Source: Christensenellaceae bacterium
GTDB lineage: Bacteria > Bacillota > Clostridia > Christensenellales > Borkfalkiaceae
Reading direction: 5' to 3'
Assembly: GCA_948890655.1 (NCBI GenBank)
Contig: CAQTYU010000006.1
Span: 7,655-71,654, forward strand
Length of the DNA: 64,000 nt
The translations under genes and the position numbers were made by a program. The number at the start of each line of letters is the position of its first letter. Within the stretch, counting starts at the first letter, position 1. Positions 1-9,324 of this stretch are shown piece by piece. Under the pieces are notes generated by a model. That model had not been told where the DNA came from. It ran no database searches and saw nothing but the letters and a program-made list of their open reading frames with translations.

Positions 1-136
1 AAATTTTGTGAAAAGTGAAAGATATAGCAGGGGATATTTTGGTGAACGCGGGATATATGGGGGGTAACGGGCAAAATCTTTGACGTTTCGGGCGTGTTTT
101 GCGGGAAATTGCGGCATATTGCGGGGGTTTCTGTTA

Positions 137-165
137 TTGACAAATTAATAAAATAACAGTATACT
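137..165 (+). promoter_or_regulatory. SigA-type promoter candidate (TTGACA-17 nt-TATACT)
   Basis: -35 TTGACA at 137-142, a 17-nt spacer and -10 TATACT at 160-165 lie about 30 nt upstream of the 195 start. Confidence 0.5.
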
Positions 166-194
166 GTAATATACCACAGTGACAGAGGTGTAAA

Positions 195-1829
195 ATGAGC
201 GAGCTTACAACCGGAAAAGGACCGATGAGAAGATTACAGAGCAAATTAATACCGTTGAATATTATTGTTTCGATAATATCGGTTATTGCGGCGGTTACGC
301 TGTTTTTTATGCCGCTTTTAGAGATAAAACTGGAAAAAATAACAAGCAACCCCGAGGTTGTTAAATTTGTGGACGACAAAATAAGCGAGGCGCTGGATAA
401 CGGCGCGGACTCGGTTGAGGGACAGACGGGGGATTTGCTTGCCGATATCGACATACCGAAAATAATTGTGCCCGTGGTGGAATCGGTGTTTATGCAGGTC
501 AAAGGCAACGTTGCCGTTTCGGCTTTCAGCCTTTTGGGGCTTGCTATGTCCGAAGCCCCGGGAGAAGCGGTTGCGGAAATGTTGTTGAGCGAGAAGGACG
601 GGCTTTTAACTCAGCTTACCGACAGCCTTGTAAAGGCGGTTATGGATTTGCCGCAGAATAAGCAGGTGCAGGACGCGATTGAGGAAGTTATTCTCGTTTC
701 GATGAGCACGCAGGTGAAAGCGAACGTGCCCGAAGAATTTAAGAGCTTTGTTGAGCCCGACGAGTTGGCGAAAACTCTTAAATCGATGGACGAGGCTAAG
801 AGCGAGGAAGAGGCCCTTCAAAAAATAGACGAATATCTTGCGGCGGTTGAGGCGAAAAACACCGACGGCGGGGAGATGGACGCCGCAAAGAAACAGGAAA
901 TCAGGGATATGGTGAGCAAGGTGTATCAGGACACCGTCGAGCACACCAAGGACGAAAACGGAGAAGATAACTTTTCGGTAGAGGCGATGGTCTGCGTGGC
1001 GGCTTCGGGGGTGCTTAATTCGGAAGAGTTTGACGAAGTGAGAAACGAGGACGGTTCAGTCGATTTGATGGCGTTTATCAATAAAATGATGGGCGGCACG
1101 CAGGAAGGCGAAGGCGGCGAAGTGGCAGAGCCTTCGGCAAAGGCTTTGAAGAGCGCGGTTGTTTATGACGGTGAAGTTACCGCACCCGCGCCTGCGGACG
1201 GAAACGAAGACGGCGCAACCGGCGGCGGTGAAGGTAACGAAAGCGGCGGAACGGAAGAAAATCCCGAAGAGGGCGGCGAAAACGGCGGTGCGGCGGTTGA
1301 AGTTAAAGTCGTTTATACCACTTATGTGGATTTGTTCGGTAAAGCCGTAAAACTGGATGAAAACGAAGTGCGCACGGAAGTTGAAAAGTTGGTTGACGGC
1401 TACGTGGGCGTTTATATAGAACAGGCGGTGACGACGATAAACGATATGAACGCGGCTTTCCCTGTGTTCTGGGTTGTGTTCGGCGCGTTTGCGTTGTTTG
1501 CAGGCGTTTGGGCTATAATGTTCCTGTTCGCGTTTTTAAGGTTGTTTTCAAAAAATAAACGGTTTACAATGTGGTACGTAAAACTGTTCGGAGCGATTCC
1601 CGTGATTTTGTTCTGGCTGGCGCCGATTGTTGCGGGTTGGGCGATTCCCGCTTATTTCCCCGCGCTTTTGGGTGAGTTTGCGTGGGCGCTGCCCGTAATT
1701 TTGGGCGCGCTTGGCACCACGACGTGGGTGAGCGGCATTTGTTACGTTGTACTGTGGGCGCTTTCGGTTTTCTGGGCGTTCCCCGTTAAGTGCAAAATAA
1801 GAAGGTTGATTAAACAGCGCAGAGGCTGA
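195..1829 (+). CDS. hypothetical membrane protein (N-terminal TM helix, long acidic/helical middle region, C-terminal multi-TM block)
   Basis: This is a 544-aa ORF with ATG preceded by AGAGGTG. A hydrophobic helix lies near residue 20, a G/E/N-rich acidic stretch is central, and about 4 hydrophobic helices fill the last 150 aa. I recognise no family. Confidence 0.7.
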   Translation: MSELTTGKGPMRRLQSKLIPLNIIVSIISVIAAVTLFFMPLLEIKLEKITSNPEVVKFVDDKISEALDNGADSVEGQTGDLLADIDIPKIIVPVVESVFMQVKGNVAVSAFSLLGLAMSEAPGEAVAEMLLSEKDGLLTQLTDSLVKAVMDLPQNKQVQDAIEEVILVSMSTQVKANVPEEFKSFVEPDELAKTLKSMDEAKSEEEALQKIDEYLAAVEAKNTDGGEMDAAKKQEIRDMVSKVYQDTVEHTKDENGEDNFSVEAMVCVAASGVLNSEEFDEVRNEDGSVDLMAFINKMMGGTQEGEGGEVAEPSAKALKSAVVYDGEVTAPAPADGNEDGATGGGEGNESGGTEENPEEGGENGGAAVEVKVVYTTYVDLFGKAVKLDENEVRTEVEKLVDGYVGVYIEQAVTTINDMNAAFPVFWVVFGAFALFAGVWAIMFLFAFLRLFSKNKRFTMWYVKLFGAIPVILFWLAPIVAGWAIPAYFPALLGEFAWALPVILGALGTTTWVSGICYVVLWALSVFWAFPVKCKIRRLIKQRRG

Positions 1830-1875
1830 AAATCATAAATTAAAATTTAACGAGAGATGAGCTTAAGGAGAGAAT

Positions 1876-2757
1876 ATGAGCGTGCTTTTATGCGATTCGA
1901 ATTGCGAATTGTGGTACACCAGGGTTAAAGAGCTTGGATTGGATTATATTTCTATGCCGTACTGTTACGGCGGAGGGGAATACGGTTACGATTTGGGCGA
2001 GAATACGGATTTTAAAAAGTTTTACGACGCGGTGCGCGGCGGTACGGTGCCAAAGACTATGGCGCTGAACCCCGAAAATTACAAGGAAATTTTAACGCCG
2101 TATTTCAAGGCCGGAGAGGACGTGCTGTATATCAGTTTTTCGCATGCAATGAGCGGAACTTTTGCGCAGCTTGACGCCGCGCTTAAAGAACTGAAAAAGG
2201 AATTTCCCGAAAGAAAGTGCACTGTTTTTAACACGAATTCCATTTGTCTGGGCGCGGGCATTCAGGTTGAAACGGCGGCGGAGTTAAAACAAAAGGGCGC
2301 AAGCGACGAAGAGATTATTGCGTTTTTAAAGGAATTTACAAACCGCGTTGCCGTGTATTTTGTTGTGGACGATTTAATGCACTTAAAGCGCGGAGGAAGG
2401 CTTTCGGCAGGCGCTGCCGTGGCGGGAACGTTGCTTTCGATTAAGCCTATGCTTACGGTAAACGAGGAAGGCGGGCTGAACGTAATAGAAAAGGTAACGG
2501 GCAGAAAAAAAGCCGTGCGCGCGCTTGCGGACAAGGTTATAAAAGGGCTTACGGGCACGGAGTACAGCGTTTATATTCTGGACGCCGATTGCAAAGAGGA
2601 CGGCGACAAGCTTGCGGAACTGATAAAAGCAGAAAGAAGCGACGCAAAAATAGTGCGGCAGACTATAGGGCCCGTTATCGGAACACACTGCGGCCCCGGC
2701 ACGCTCGGCGTTATATTTATTGCGGACGAGCGCCCCGTAAAACTGAAGGTGGACTGA
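1876..2757 (+). CDS. DegV family (fatty-acid-binding) protein
   Basis: This 293-aa ORF has a GGAG RBS. Its size and sequence pattern (SGTFAQL, HLKRGGRLS, PVIGTHCGPGTLG) are typical of the DegV/DUF194 family. Confidence 0.85.
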   Translation: MSVLLCDSNCELWYTRVKELGLDYISMPYCYGGGEYGYDLGENTDFKKFYDAVRGGTVPKTMALNPENYKEILTPYFKAGEDVLYISFSHAMSGTFAQLDAALKELKKEFPERKCTVFNTNSICLGAGIQVETAAELKQKGASDEEIIAFLKEFTNRVAVYFVVDDLMHLKRGGRLSAGAAVAGTLLSIKPMLTVNEEGGLNVIEKVTGRKKAVRALADKVIKGLTGTEYSVYILDADCKEDGDKLAELIKAERSDAKIVRQTIGPVIGTHCGPGTLGVIFIADERPVKLKVD

Positions 2758-3896
2758 TGATAGAAATAAAAGAGATAAGTTTGAACGATAAAAAAGGCAA
2801 GAAGAAGTTTTTTAAATTTTTGATTGATTTGTATAAGGGGAACAAGCATGCGGCGCCGAATTTGTATATGGACGAGTTTGCGGAGTTTGACCCCGAAATA
2901 AACGACGCGTTCAGGTTTGCGGACTGCCGTATGTTTTTGGCATACAAGGACGGCAAGGTTGCAGGCAGAATAGCCGGCATATGGCACCGCGGGGTAAACG
3001 AGAAGAACAACGTAAAACAGCTGAGGTTTACGAGATTCGACGTAATAGACGACTTCGAGGTTACGAAAGCTTTGTTCGGCGAGCTGATTAAATGGGCTAA
3101 AGAGCTGGGGATGACGGAAATTATAGGACCTATGAGCTTTTCGGATTTAAACGAAGAGGGAATGCTGATTGACGGGTTCGATAAAGACAGCTGTTATATA
3201 GAGATATATAATTATCCTTATTACGTTGAGCATATGGAAAAGCTGGGCGCATATAAGGTGGTGGACTGGAACTGTTACCGTGTTAAGGTGCCCGATAAGC
3301 ACGACGAGAGACTTCAGAGACTAAGCGATATGATTGCGCGGAAGAACGGTTATGAAATTCTTGACGTAAAATATTGGTTAAAGCACGACAAAAAGAAACT
3401 TAAAGATTACATTATGCAAAGCATGGACGTTTTGGACGAGGCTTTCGAGGACCTTTACGGGACAAGCCCTTTGAACGAAAAACAGAAAGCGCGCATGATG
3501 GATACTATTTTTCAGGTGCTTGTGCCTGAGTTTGCGGGCGTAATTTTAAAGGACGGAAAGGTAATTGCTTACGGACTTGTTATACCTTCGATGCTGGAAA
3601 CGATGCAGAAGGCGCGCGGCAGCCTTTTCCCGAGGGGGATTATTCCTTATTTAAAGACGATGAAACATTCGGACGTTGCCGATATGCTGTCTATCGGAAT
3701 TGTCAAAGCCGAAGCGAACAAGGGAGCGGTGGCGCTTATTATGAACACCGTTTTAAAAGGGCTTATCAAGCGCGGGGTGAAGTTTTTGGAAACCGGTCCC
3801 GAACTGGAAACCAACGACAACGTGCAGAACCTTTGGAAGAATTACGAAAGAGAGCTGTTAAAAAGAAAGCGTTGCTGGGGATTGAAAGTGGAGTAA
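2757..3896 (+). CDS. GNAT-like acyltransferase-fold protein, paralog 1 (about 379 aa)
   Basis: The ORF track begins at 2589, but the paralog at 4806 aligns from MIEIKEISL. ATG 2757 overlaps the DegV stop (TGATG). The family call is made by eye and is tentative. Confidence 0.6.
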   Translation: MIEIKEISLNDKKGKKKFFKFLIDLYKGNKHAAPNLYMDEFAEFDPEINDAFRFADCRMFLAYKDGKVAGRIAGIWHRGVNEKNNVKQLRFTRFDVIDDFEVTKALFGELIKWAKELGMTEIIGPMSFSDLNEEGMLIDGFDKDSCYIEIYNYPYYVEHMEKLGAYKVVDWNCYRVKVPDKHDERLQRLSDMIARKNGYEILDVKYWLKHDKKKLKDYIMQSMDVLDEAFEDLYGTSPLNEKQKARMMDTIFQVLVPEFAGVILKDGKVIAYGLVIPSMLETMQKARGSLFPRGIIPYLKTMKHSDVADMLSIGIVKAEANKGAVALIMNTVLKGLIKRGVKFLETGPELETNDNVQNLWKNYERELLKRKRCWGLKVE

Positions 3897-3958
3897 AATT
3901 CAAAAAACCAAAGCGCGGGGAACGGTTTCTTTTTTAGAGAATTTTCGCGTATGAACAA

Positions 3959-4006
3959 ATAGCCCGCTATGTTTCGTGAACGAAACATAGCGGGCTATAT
4001 TTTTTA
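3959..4006. terminator. rho-independent terminator, probably bidirectional
   Basis: A perfect 18-bp stem (3959-3976 with 3981-3998) closes a TGAA loop and is followed by ATTTTTT. It lies between convergent genes. Confidence 0.8.
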
Positions 4007-4030
4007 ACTTTTAGAGCGCTGAATTGAAAT

Positions 4031-4550
4031 TTATAATTCAATATCAACTTTATATTCTTTATCTATAAAAATGTAATTCAGTCCGTATTTTTTGCACGTT
4101 TGCAGATTGCTTTCGTTTTCTTTAATTAGATTTTCCTGTGCCAAATCGCCGCTTATAAGTCTTTGTTCAACTATACTTTCATTTGCCAAAATATCTGAAA
4201 AACGTTTTAGTATAGTCTTTGCTCATTATTAAACAATAGTATTTGATTTGCAACAAATACTCTTTATTAAAATCTTTTTCCCAATCAAATGGTATGTAAC
4301 AGCCTTCCGCAATAAGATTTTGTCCGTTTTCTATCGCCGTTTTGATTATTTCTTTAACTATTGACCACAAATACGGAGTTAACTTTTCGTCGTCACTTAC
4401 GCTTATTGTAGTTTGATTACTTCTTATCAATCCCATTTTTAAGTGGTCGATAGACAAATATGGAAATTTATACTTTTCCAACAATCTTTGCGCTAAAACG
4501 GTTTTTCCCGTATGCGTTGCCCCTGCAATTAAAACTATCATAAATTCCAC
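4031..4550 (-). pseudogene. P-loop NTPase/kinase-like gene with an apparent frameshift
   Basis: The N-terminal ORF (4179-4550) carries the Walker A motif GATHTGKT. It stops after ...TKTFFRYFGK, but another frame continues as AKTILKRFSDILANESIVEQRLISGDL...KVDIEL to a stop at 4031. A sequencing error cannot be excluded. Confidence 0.5.
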
Positions 4551-4722
4551 GCTGATTTACTTTTTATCGTAGTTATAGTATAGCAAAATTACAACAAAAA
4601 AGCAAGAACCGTTAAACTCAGTTCATTTTATCAAAGTTAAATACGCATTAAGCCGCGCTTTTTGCCGCAATTTGTCAATTTTTGCGACAAGTGTTTATTA
4701 ACCGTGCGCGGGTTTGCAGGGG

Positions 4723-4751
4723 TTGACATTCGGAACGGAAAGTGGTAAAAT
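4723..4751 (+). promoter_or_regulatory. SigA-type promoter candidate (TTGACA-17-TAAAAT)
   Basis: -35 lies at 4723-4728 and -10 at 4746-4751, upstream of the GNAT-like paralog 2. Confidence 0.5.
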
Positions 4752-4805
4752 TACCGTGTTTGGTTTTCAGGAAAAGCCGAAAGTAATTTAAGGGAAAAAA
4801 TCAGA

Positions 4806-5942
4806 ATGATAAAGATTAAGGAAATATCGCTTAACGATAAAAGAGGTAAAAAGAAATTTTTTAAATTCTTTATAGACCTTTATAAGGGGAACAAGCACGC
4901 GGCGCCGAATTTGTATATGGACGAGTTTGCGGAGTTTGACCCCGAAATAAACGACGCGTTCAGGTTTGCGGACTGCCGTATGTTTTTGGCATACAAGGAC
5001 GGCAAGGTTGCAGGCAGAATAGCCGGCATATGGCACCGCGGGGTAAACGAGAAGAACAACGTAAAACAGCTGAGGTTTACAAGATTCGACGTAATAGACG
5101 ATTTCGAGGTTACGAAAGCTTTGTTCGGCGAGCTTATTAAATGGGCTAAAGAGCTGGGGATGACGGAAATAATAGGACCAATGAGTTTTTCGGACTTGAA
5201 CGAAGAGGGAATGCTCATAGACGGGTTCGATAGGGACAGTACCTATATAGAAATATATAATTATCCTTATTATGTGGAGCATATGGAAAAGCTGGGCGCA
5301 TATAAGGTGGTGGACTGGAACTGCCATCTTGTTAAAGTGCCCGATAAGATGGACGAAAGACTTAAAAAGTTGAGCGAGTACGTTAAAAAGCGCAACGGTT
5401 ACACCGTTTTGGACGTTGCGTGGTATTTAAAGCACGATAAAAAGAAACTTAAAGAATACATTATGCAGTGCCTTGATATTCTCGACGAGGTGTATGCTCC
5501 GCTGTACGGGACAAGCCCTTTGAACGAAAAACAGAAAAAGCGCGAAATGGATTCCATTTTTATGGTGCTTGTGCCTGAATTTGCAACAGTTGTTTTAAAG
5601 GACGACAAAGTTATAGCTTACGGCTTTTTAATGCCTTCGATGACTAAAATGATGCAGAAGGCAAAGGGCAAGATTTTTCCCAACGGGCTGTTGCCTTATT
5701 TGCACTATATGAAGCATATCGAAGTTGCGGATATGATGAGTATAGGCGTAACGAAATCCGAAAGCAATAAGGGTGCGGTGGCGATTATTATAGAACACTG
5801 CCTTGAAGGGCTTATCAAGCACGGAGTAAAATACGCCGAGGGCGGTCCCGAGCTTGAGCACAACGATAACGTGCAGAACCTTTGGAAGAATTACGAAAGG
5901 GAGCTTGCCAAAAAGCGCCGTTGCTGGGGAATAAAAGTTTAG
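4806..5942 (+). CDS. GNAT-like acyltransferase-fold protein, paralog 2 (378 aa)
   Basis: It is a full-length paralog of 2757-3896. The first ~175 codons are nearly identical and the remainder is about two-thirds identical. Confidence 0.6.
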   Translation: MIKIKEISLNDKRGKKKFFKFFIDLYKGNKHAAPNLYMDEFAEFDPEINDAFRFADCRMFLAYKDGKVAGRIAGIWHRGVNEKNNVKQLRFTRFDVIDDFEVTKALFGELIKWAKELGMTEIIGPMSFSDLNEEGMLIDGFDRDSTYIEIYNYPYYVEHMEKLGAYKVVDWNCHLVKVPDKMDERLKKLSEYVKKRNGYTVLDVAWYLKHDKKKLKEYIMQCLDILDEVYAPLYGTSPLNEKQKKREMDSIFMVLVPEFATVVLKDDKVIAYGFLMPSMTKMMQKAKGKIFPNGLLPYLHYMKHIEVADMMSIGVTKSESNKGAVAIIIEHCLEGLIKHGVKYAEGGPELEHNDNVQNLWKNYERELAKKRRCWGIKV

Positions 5943-5970
5943 TTTGTAAAAATCCGCTTAAAATTATAAA

Positions 5971-6000
5971 GGGCTTTCCCGTTATTTGGGGAAGCCTTTG
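5971..6000 (+). terminator. rho-independent terminator candidate
   Basis: GGGCTTTCCC (5971-5980) pairs with GGGGAAGCCT (5988-5997), including G-U pairs, and TTTG follows. Confidence 0.45.
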
Positions 6001-6029
6001 TAATGTGTTGATTAAATTGAAATTTGGTA

Positions 6030-6058
6030 TTGCAATTTGGAAATTTACGTGTTAAAAT
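6030..6058 (+). promoter_or_regulatory. SigA-type promoter candidate (TTGCAA-17-TAAAAT)
   Basis: The hexamers lie at 6030-6035 and 6053-6058, upstream of eda. Confidence 0.45.
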
Positions 6059-6101
6059 AGATTAGGTTTATAGACTGTGATTTCAATTCCGGAGGAGAAA
6101 A

Positions 6102-6716
6102 ATGGATAACGAAAAACTTTTACAACAAATTAAGGCGACGAAGATTGTTCCCGTTGTGGTGCTCAATTCGATTGAAGAAACTTTGCCCAAAATGAAGGCG
6201 CTTGTGAACGGCGGATTACCTTGCGCCGAAATTACTTTCCGTACCCCCTGTGCGGCGGAGGCTATTGCGCTGACCGTAAAAACTTATCCCGATATGCTTG
6301 TGGGCGCGGGAACGGTCATTAACAAGGAGCAATGCGAAAAGGCGATTAAAGCGGGTTCGAAATTTATCGTTTCGCCCGGATTTTCGGAAGAGGTTGCGGA
6401 CTGCTGCAAAAAACACGGGATGCTTTATCTGCCCGGTATCGTAACGCCCACCGAAGCTATGGCGGCGATTGCAAAAGGTTTGACGACTCTGAAATTCTTC
6501 CCCGCTTCGAATTACGGCGGATTAAAGACGATTAAGGCGATTTGTGCGGCGTTCCCTTATTTGCAGATTATGCCTACCGGCGGTATAAATGCGGAGAATA
6601 TTCTGGAATATCTGGCTTACGATAAAATTATCGCGTGCGGCGGCAGCTGGATGATGACCGGCACGCCCGAAGAAATAGAAGCTAAGACCAAAGCGGCGGT
6701 AGCGTTGGTTAAATAA
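6102..6716 (+). CDS. eda: 2-dehydro-3-deoxyphosphogluconate / 4-hydroxy-2-oxoglutarate aldolase
   Basis: The 204-aa product has a GGAGGAG RBS. Characteristic Eda/KDPG-aldolase blocks are present: IVPVV, AEITFRTP, VGAGTV, FIVSPG, LKFFPA, PTGGI. Confidence 0.9.
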   Translation: MDNEKLLQQIKATKIVPVVVLNSIEETLPKMKALVNGGLPCAEITFRTPCAAEAIALTVKTYPDMLVGAGTVINKEQCEKAIKAGSKFIVSPGFSEEVADCCKKHGMLYLPGIVTPTEAMAAIAKGLTTLKFFPASNYGGLKTIKAICAAFPYLQIMPTGGINAENILEYLAYDKIIACGGSWMMTGTPEEIEAKTKAAVALVK

Positions 6717-6795
6717 AGAAGATTGAAACAATAAAAAGCGGCGGACGAAAAAAGAACGCTTTTAACAGGGAATTAAAACAGAAGATGATAAAAAA

Positions 6796-6826
6796 CCTCT
6801 CGAACAAAATGTTCGAGAGGTTTTTG
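6796..6826. terminator. rho-independent terminator
   Basis: CCTCTCGAAC (6796-6805) pairs with GTTCGAGAGG (6811-6820). TTTTT follows and an A-run precedes. Confidence 0.75.
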
Positions 6827-7002
6827 CTATCGTGGTGCGGAACAGATAAAAGCATAACTACGCCAAATAAAAACAGGGCAGGTATGTATTATTGATGACC
6901 AAAGCATTTATAATTTTAAATTACTGCTTATCGTATGTGCGGCGTATCGGATGTAAAAAAACAGGCGGTAGTTGAATTAAAAATTCTTGGCGGAGAATTA
7001 TG

Positions 7003-7977
7003 TCAGACTGTGGAGTCGCGGAAACCTTTGCCTAAAATTTCGTTAGTGTCCGTTAAGATTACGAAAGCCGAAGGGTCGGTCTGGTGGATGTGATGTTTTA
7101 ATTTGAGGGCTTCGCCGCGTTTCATTACGGCGAGCATAACCGTGCGTTCTTCGCGGGTGTAGCCGCCCGTCGCCTTGTAAGAAGTAAAACCGCGGTGCAT
7201 TGTGTTGAGTATGAATTCAGCCGTCTGTTCCGGATTGGAAGTGATAATGGTGACGTATTTGCTTTTGCCTATGTTTTCGATAACGCTGTCAACTATAAAT
7301 GATTTTGCAAACAGACCGAGTACGGAATATAACCCCGTGCGCACGCCGAAAATCAGAAATGAGGAAGCGGCTATCAGAATATCGGTTATTAACAGCGCTA
7401 AGCCTATGTTTTTTAAGTTTGTATATTTTTTTATTATCAGCGCGATTATATCCGTGCCGCCGGACGACGCTTTACAGTTGAATAAAATTGCCGCGCCCGC
7501 GCCCGTTAAAAGCATTGCAAAAACAAATTCCAGAAAAACCTGTCCCTGAGGTAAAGCTTCTGTTGCTGTAAGCGGTAAATTAACACCAACCGCCTTTAAA
7601 ATCGCCTCTATGGCGATAGATTCAAGCGTGTATGCAAGTGTGCAGTACGCCGTTTTGAACGAGCAGCCTTTACCCAAAAATATAAAGCCGATAATAAGCA
7701 GTATGACGTTTATTATCCACATAATAACCGTCTGCGTAAGAAATTTTTCGGTAAACGCGTTAATCGGCGTAATAAATTTGCTTAAAATTATAGAAAGACC
7801 GCTTACCCCGCCAGTGGCGAAATTGTTTGGCGCCTTAAAAAGCACCACGCCGAGAGCGGTGAGTATTGTACCGAGATTTAAAATAACCCAGTATAGTATG
7901 GTGCTTTTTGTCTTTTTGCGCTTTTCCTCTTTGGTTAAAAAGGGTTTTTCTTTGCGCTTTTTCATTTTTTCTTTCAT
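7003..7977 (-). CDS. YitT family membrane protein (DUF2179 C-terminal domain)
   Basis: The 324-aa product has multi-TM segments carrying GGVSG and SSGGTDI motifs. The C-terminal soluble domain ends in ILGKGF, which is typical of YitT. Confidence 0.8.
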   Translation of the reverse strand: MKEKMKKRKEKPFLTKEEKRKKTKSTILYWVILNLGTILTALGVVLFKAPNNFATGGVSGLSIILSKFITPINAFTEKFLTQTVIMWIINVILLIIGFIFLGKGCSFKTAYCTLAYTLESIAIEAILKAVGVNLPLTATEALPQGQVFLEFVFAMLLTGAGAAILFNCKASSGGTDIIALIIKKYTNLKNIGLALLITDILIAASSFLIFGVRTGLYSVLGLFAKSFIVDSVIENIGKSKYVTIITSNPEQTAEFILNTMHRGFTSYKATGGYTREERTVMLAVMKRGEALKLKHHIHQTDPSAFVILTDTNEILGKGFRDSTV

Positions 7978-7989
7978 ATTGTTTTGCGG

Positions 7990-9147
7990 TTAAAACGCGT
8001 CTCCGAAGCCCTTGCCCAAAATTTCGTTTGCGTCGGTTAAAATTACGAACGAATCGGGGTCGATTGATTTAACCTTCGACTTTAATTTTAAAGCTTCGCC
8101 GCGCTTGCAGACAGTTACGAGAATTTTACGCTTTTCGTGCGAGTATCCGCCTTCGGCGTCGTAAGAGGTGAAGCTGTGGTTTACCGTTTTTAATATGTAT
8201 TCGCCTATTTCTTCGGGCTTGGTAGTGATTATCGTTATATACTTCGTTTTGCTTATGCTTTCGATTACGCCGTCGAGAAGGAAGGACTTTGTGAACAAGC
8301 CCAAAACGGAGAAAAGTCCCTTGTCAACGTCGAACGTGTAGAACGAGATGAGCACGACAATCATGTCTATAATCATGAGCGCCATGCCTACGTTGAGCTT
8401 TGTGTACTTTTTTAAAATGAGCGCTATTATGTCGGTGCCGCCGGACGACGCGCCGCAGTTGAATATCATTGCGCCGCCCACGCCGAAGAAGAGAATGGCG
8501 TAAACGAGCTCTAAAAGAGGTTCGTCGGTAAGCGTTCTTAAAGCCCGGGTTACGGTTTCGCCGGTTTCGGGGTTGATTATCGTTTCAACTCTGCCGACGG
8601 CGGTGTTGATTAGCCCGACAATGTCCAGATATTCAAACAGCCAGATTATGCAAGTGTAAAAGAGGGAGCAGAAAATCGTCCTTACCGTGCATTGTTTGCC
8701 GAGGACTATAAGGCCTATTATTAAGAGGGCTACATTTATAATAGCCATAATTACGCCCTGCGTAAGAATCTGGTTTACGGGCGCGGGAATAAAGCTGTTT
8801 ATTATGATTGCAATACCCGCGATGCCGCCCAAAGTGAAGTCGTTTGGCGTTTGGAAAAAGTAAACGCTGCACGACATCATAATTATGCCGACGACGAGGA
8901 GCGTCCAGCGAAGAACGGAGCGCTTTCTCATTTGGGCGGCGGTTAAAACCTTGCCGTTTACTATATTTCTTTCGGCTTTGGGGGCAAAAAAACTGCGCAA
9001 AGCGAATTTGCGTTTGCGTTTTTTTTCTTCTTTCCCGTCGGGGGATGTATTATTATCGGGGGCGGGAAGTTCGGAGGGAATTTGCCCCTCGGTTACCTTT
9101 TCGGATTCGGGTTCGGGCGAGGGTGCGGGAGTAAGATTTTCTTCCAT
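7990..9147 (-). CDS. YitT family membrane protein, paralog with an extended charged N-terminus
   Basis: The 385-aa product has the same GGIAG / SSGGTDI / ILGKGF architecture as the neighbouring gene. Confidence 0.8.
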   Translation of the reverse strand: MEENLTPAPSPEPESEKVTEGQIPSELPAPDNNTSPDGKEEKKRKRKFALRSFFAPKAERNIVNGKVLTAAQMRKRSVLRWTLLVVGIIMMSCSVYFFQTPNDFTLGGIAGIAIIINSFIPAPVNQILTQGVIMAIINVALLIIGLIVLGKQCTVRTIFCSLFYTCIIWLFEYLDIVGLINTAVGRVETIINPETGETVTRALRTLTDEPLLELVYAILFFGVGGAMIFNCGASSGGTDIIALILKKYTKLNVGMALMIIDMIVVLISFYTFDVDKGLFSVLGLFTKSFLLDGVIESISKTKYITIITTKPEEIGEYILKTVNHSFTSYDAEGGYSHEKRKILVTVCKRGEALKLKSKVKSIDPDSFVILTDANEILGKGFGDAF

Positions 9148-9324
9148 AAAATATTCTCTTAAATATTATTTGTTTATGCGAATAAATGATAGCATAACCG
9201 AGTTGTAAAGTCAATAAAGAAAAGGTTTTTGCCGATGGAAATTTGGGGGAATTGCCTTATTGACTTTAAGGGTAGGGTGTGGTAAACTTTATTAAGTAAA
9301 TTGCTGTGATTTAAGGACTTTGCA

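Noticed and set aside
2589-2756. The N-terminal 56-codon extension of track ORF 2589-3896.
   Set aside because: It overlaps the end of the DegV gene in another frame and is Arg-rich nonsense. The paralog at 4806 starts at the equivalent of ATG 2757.
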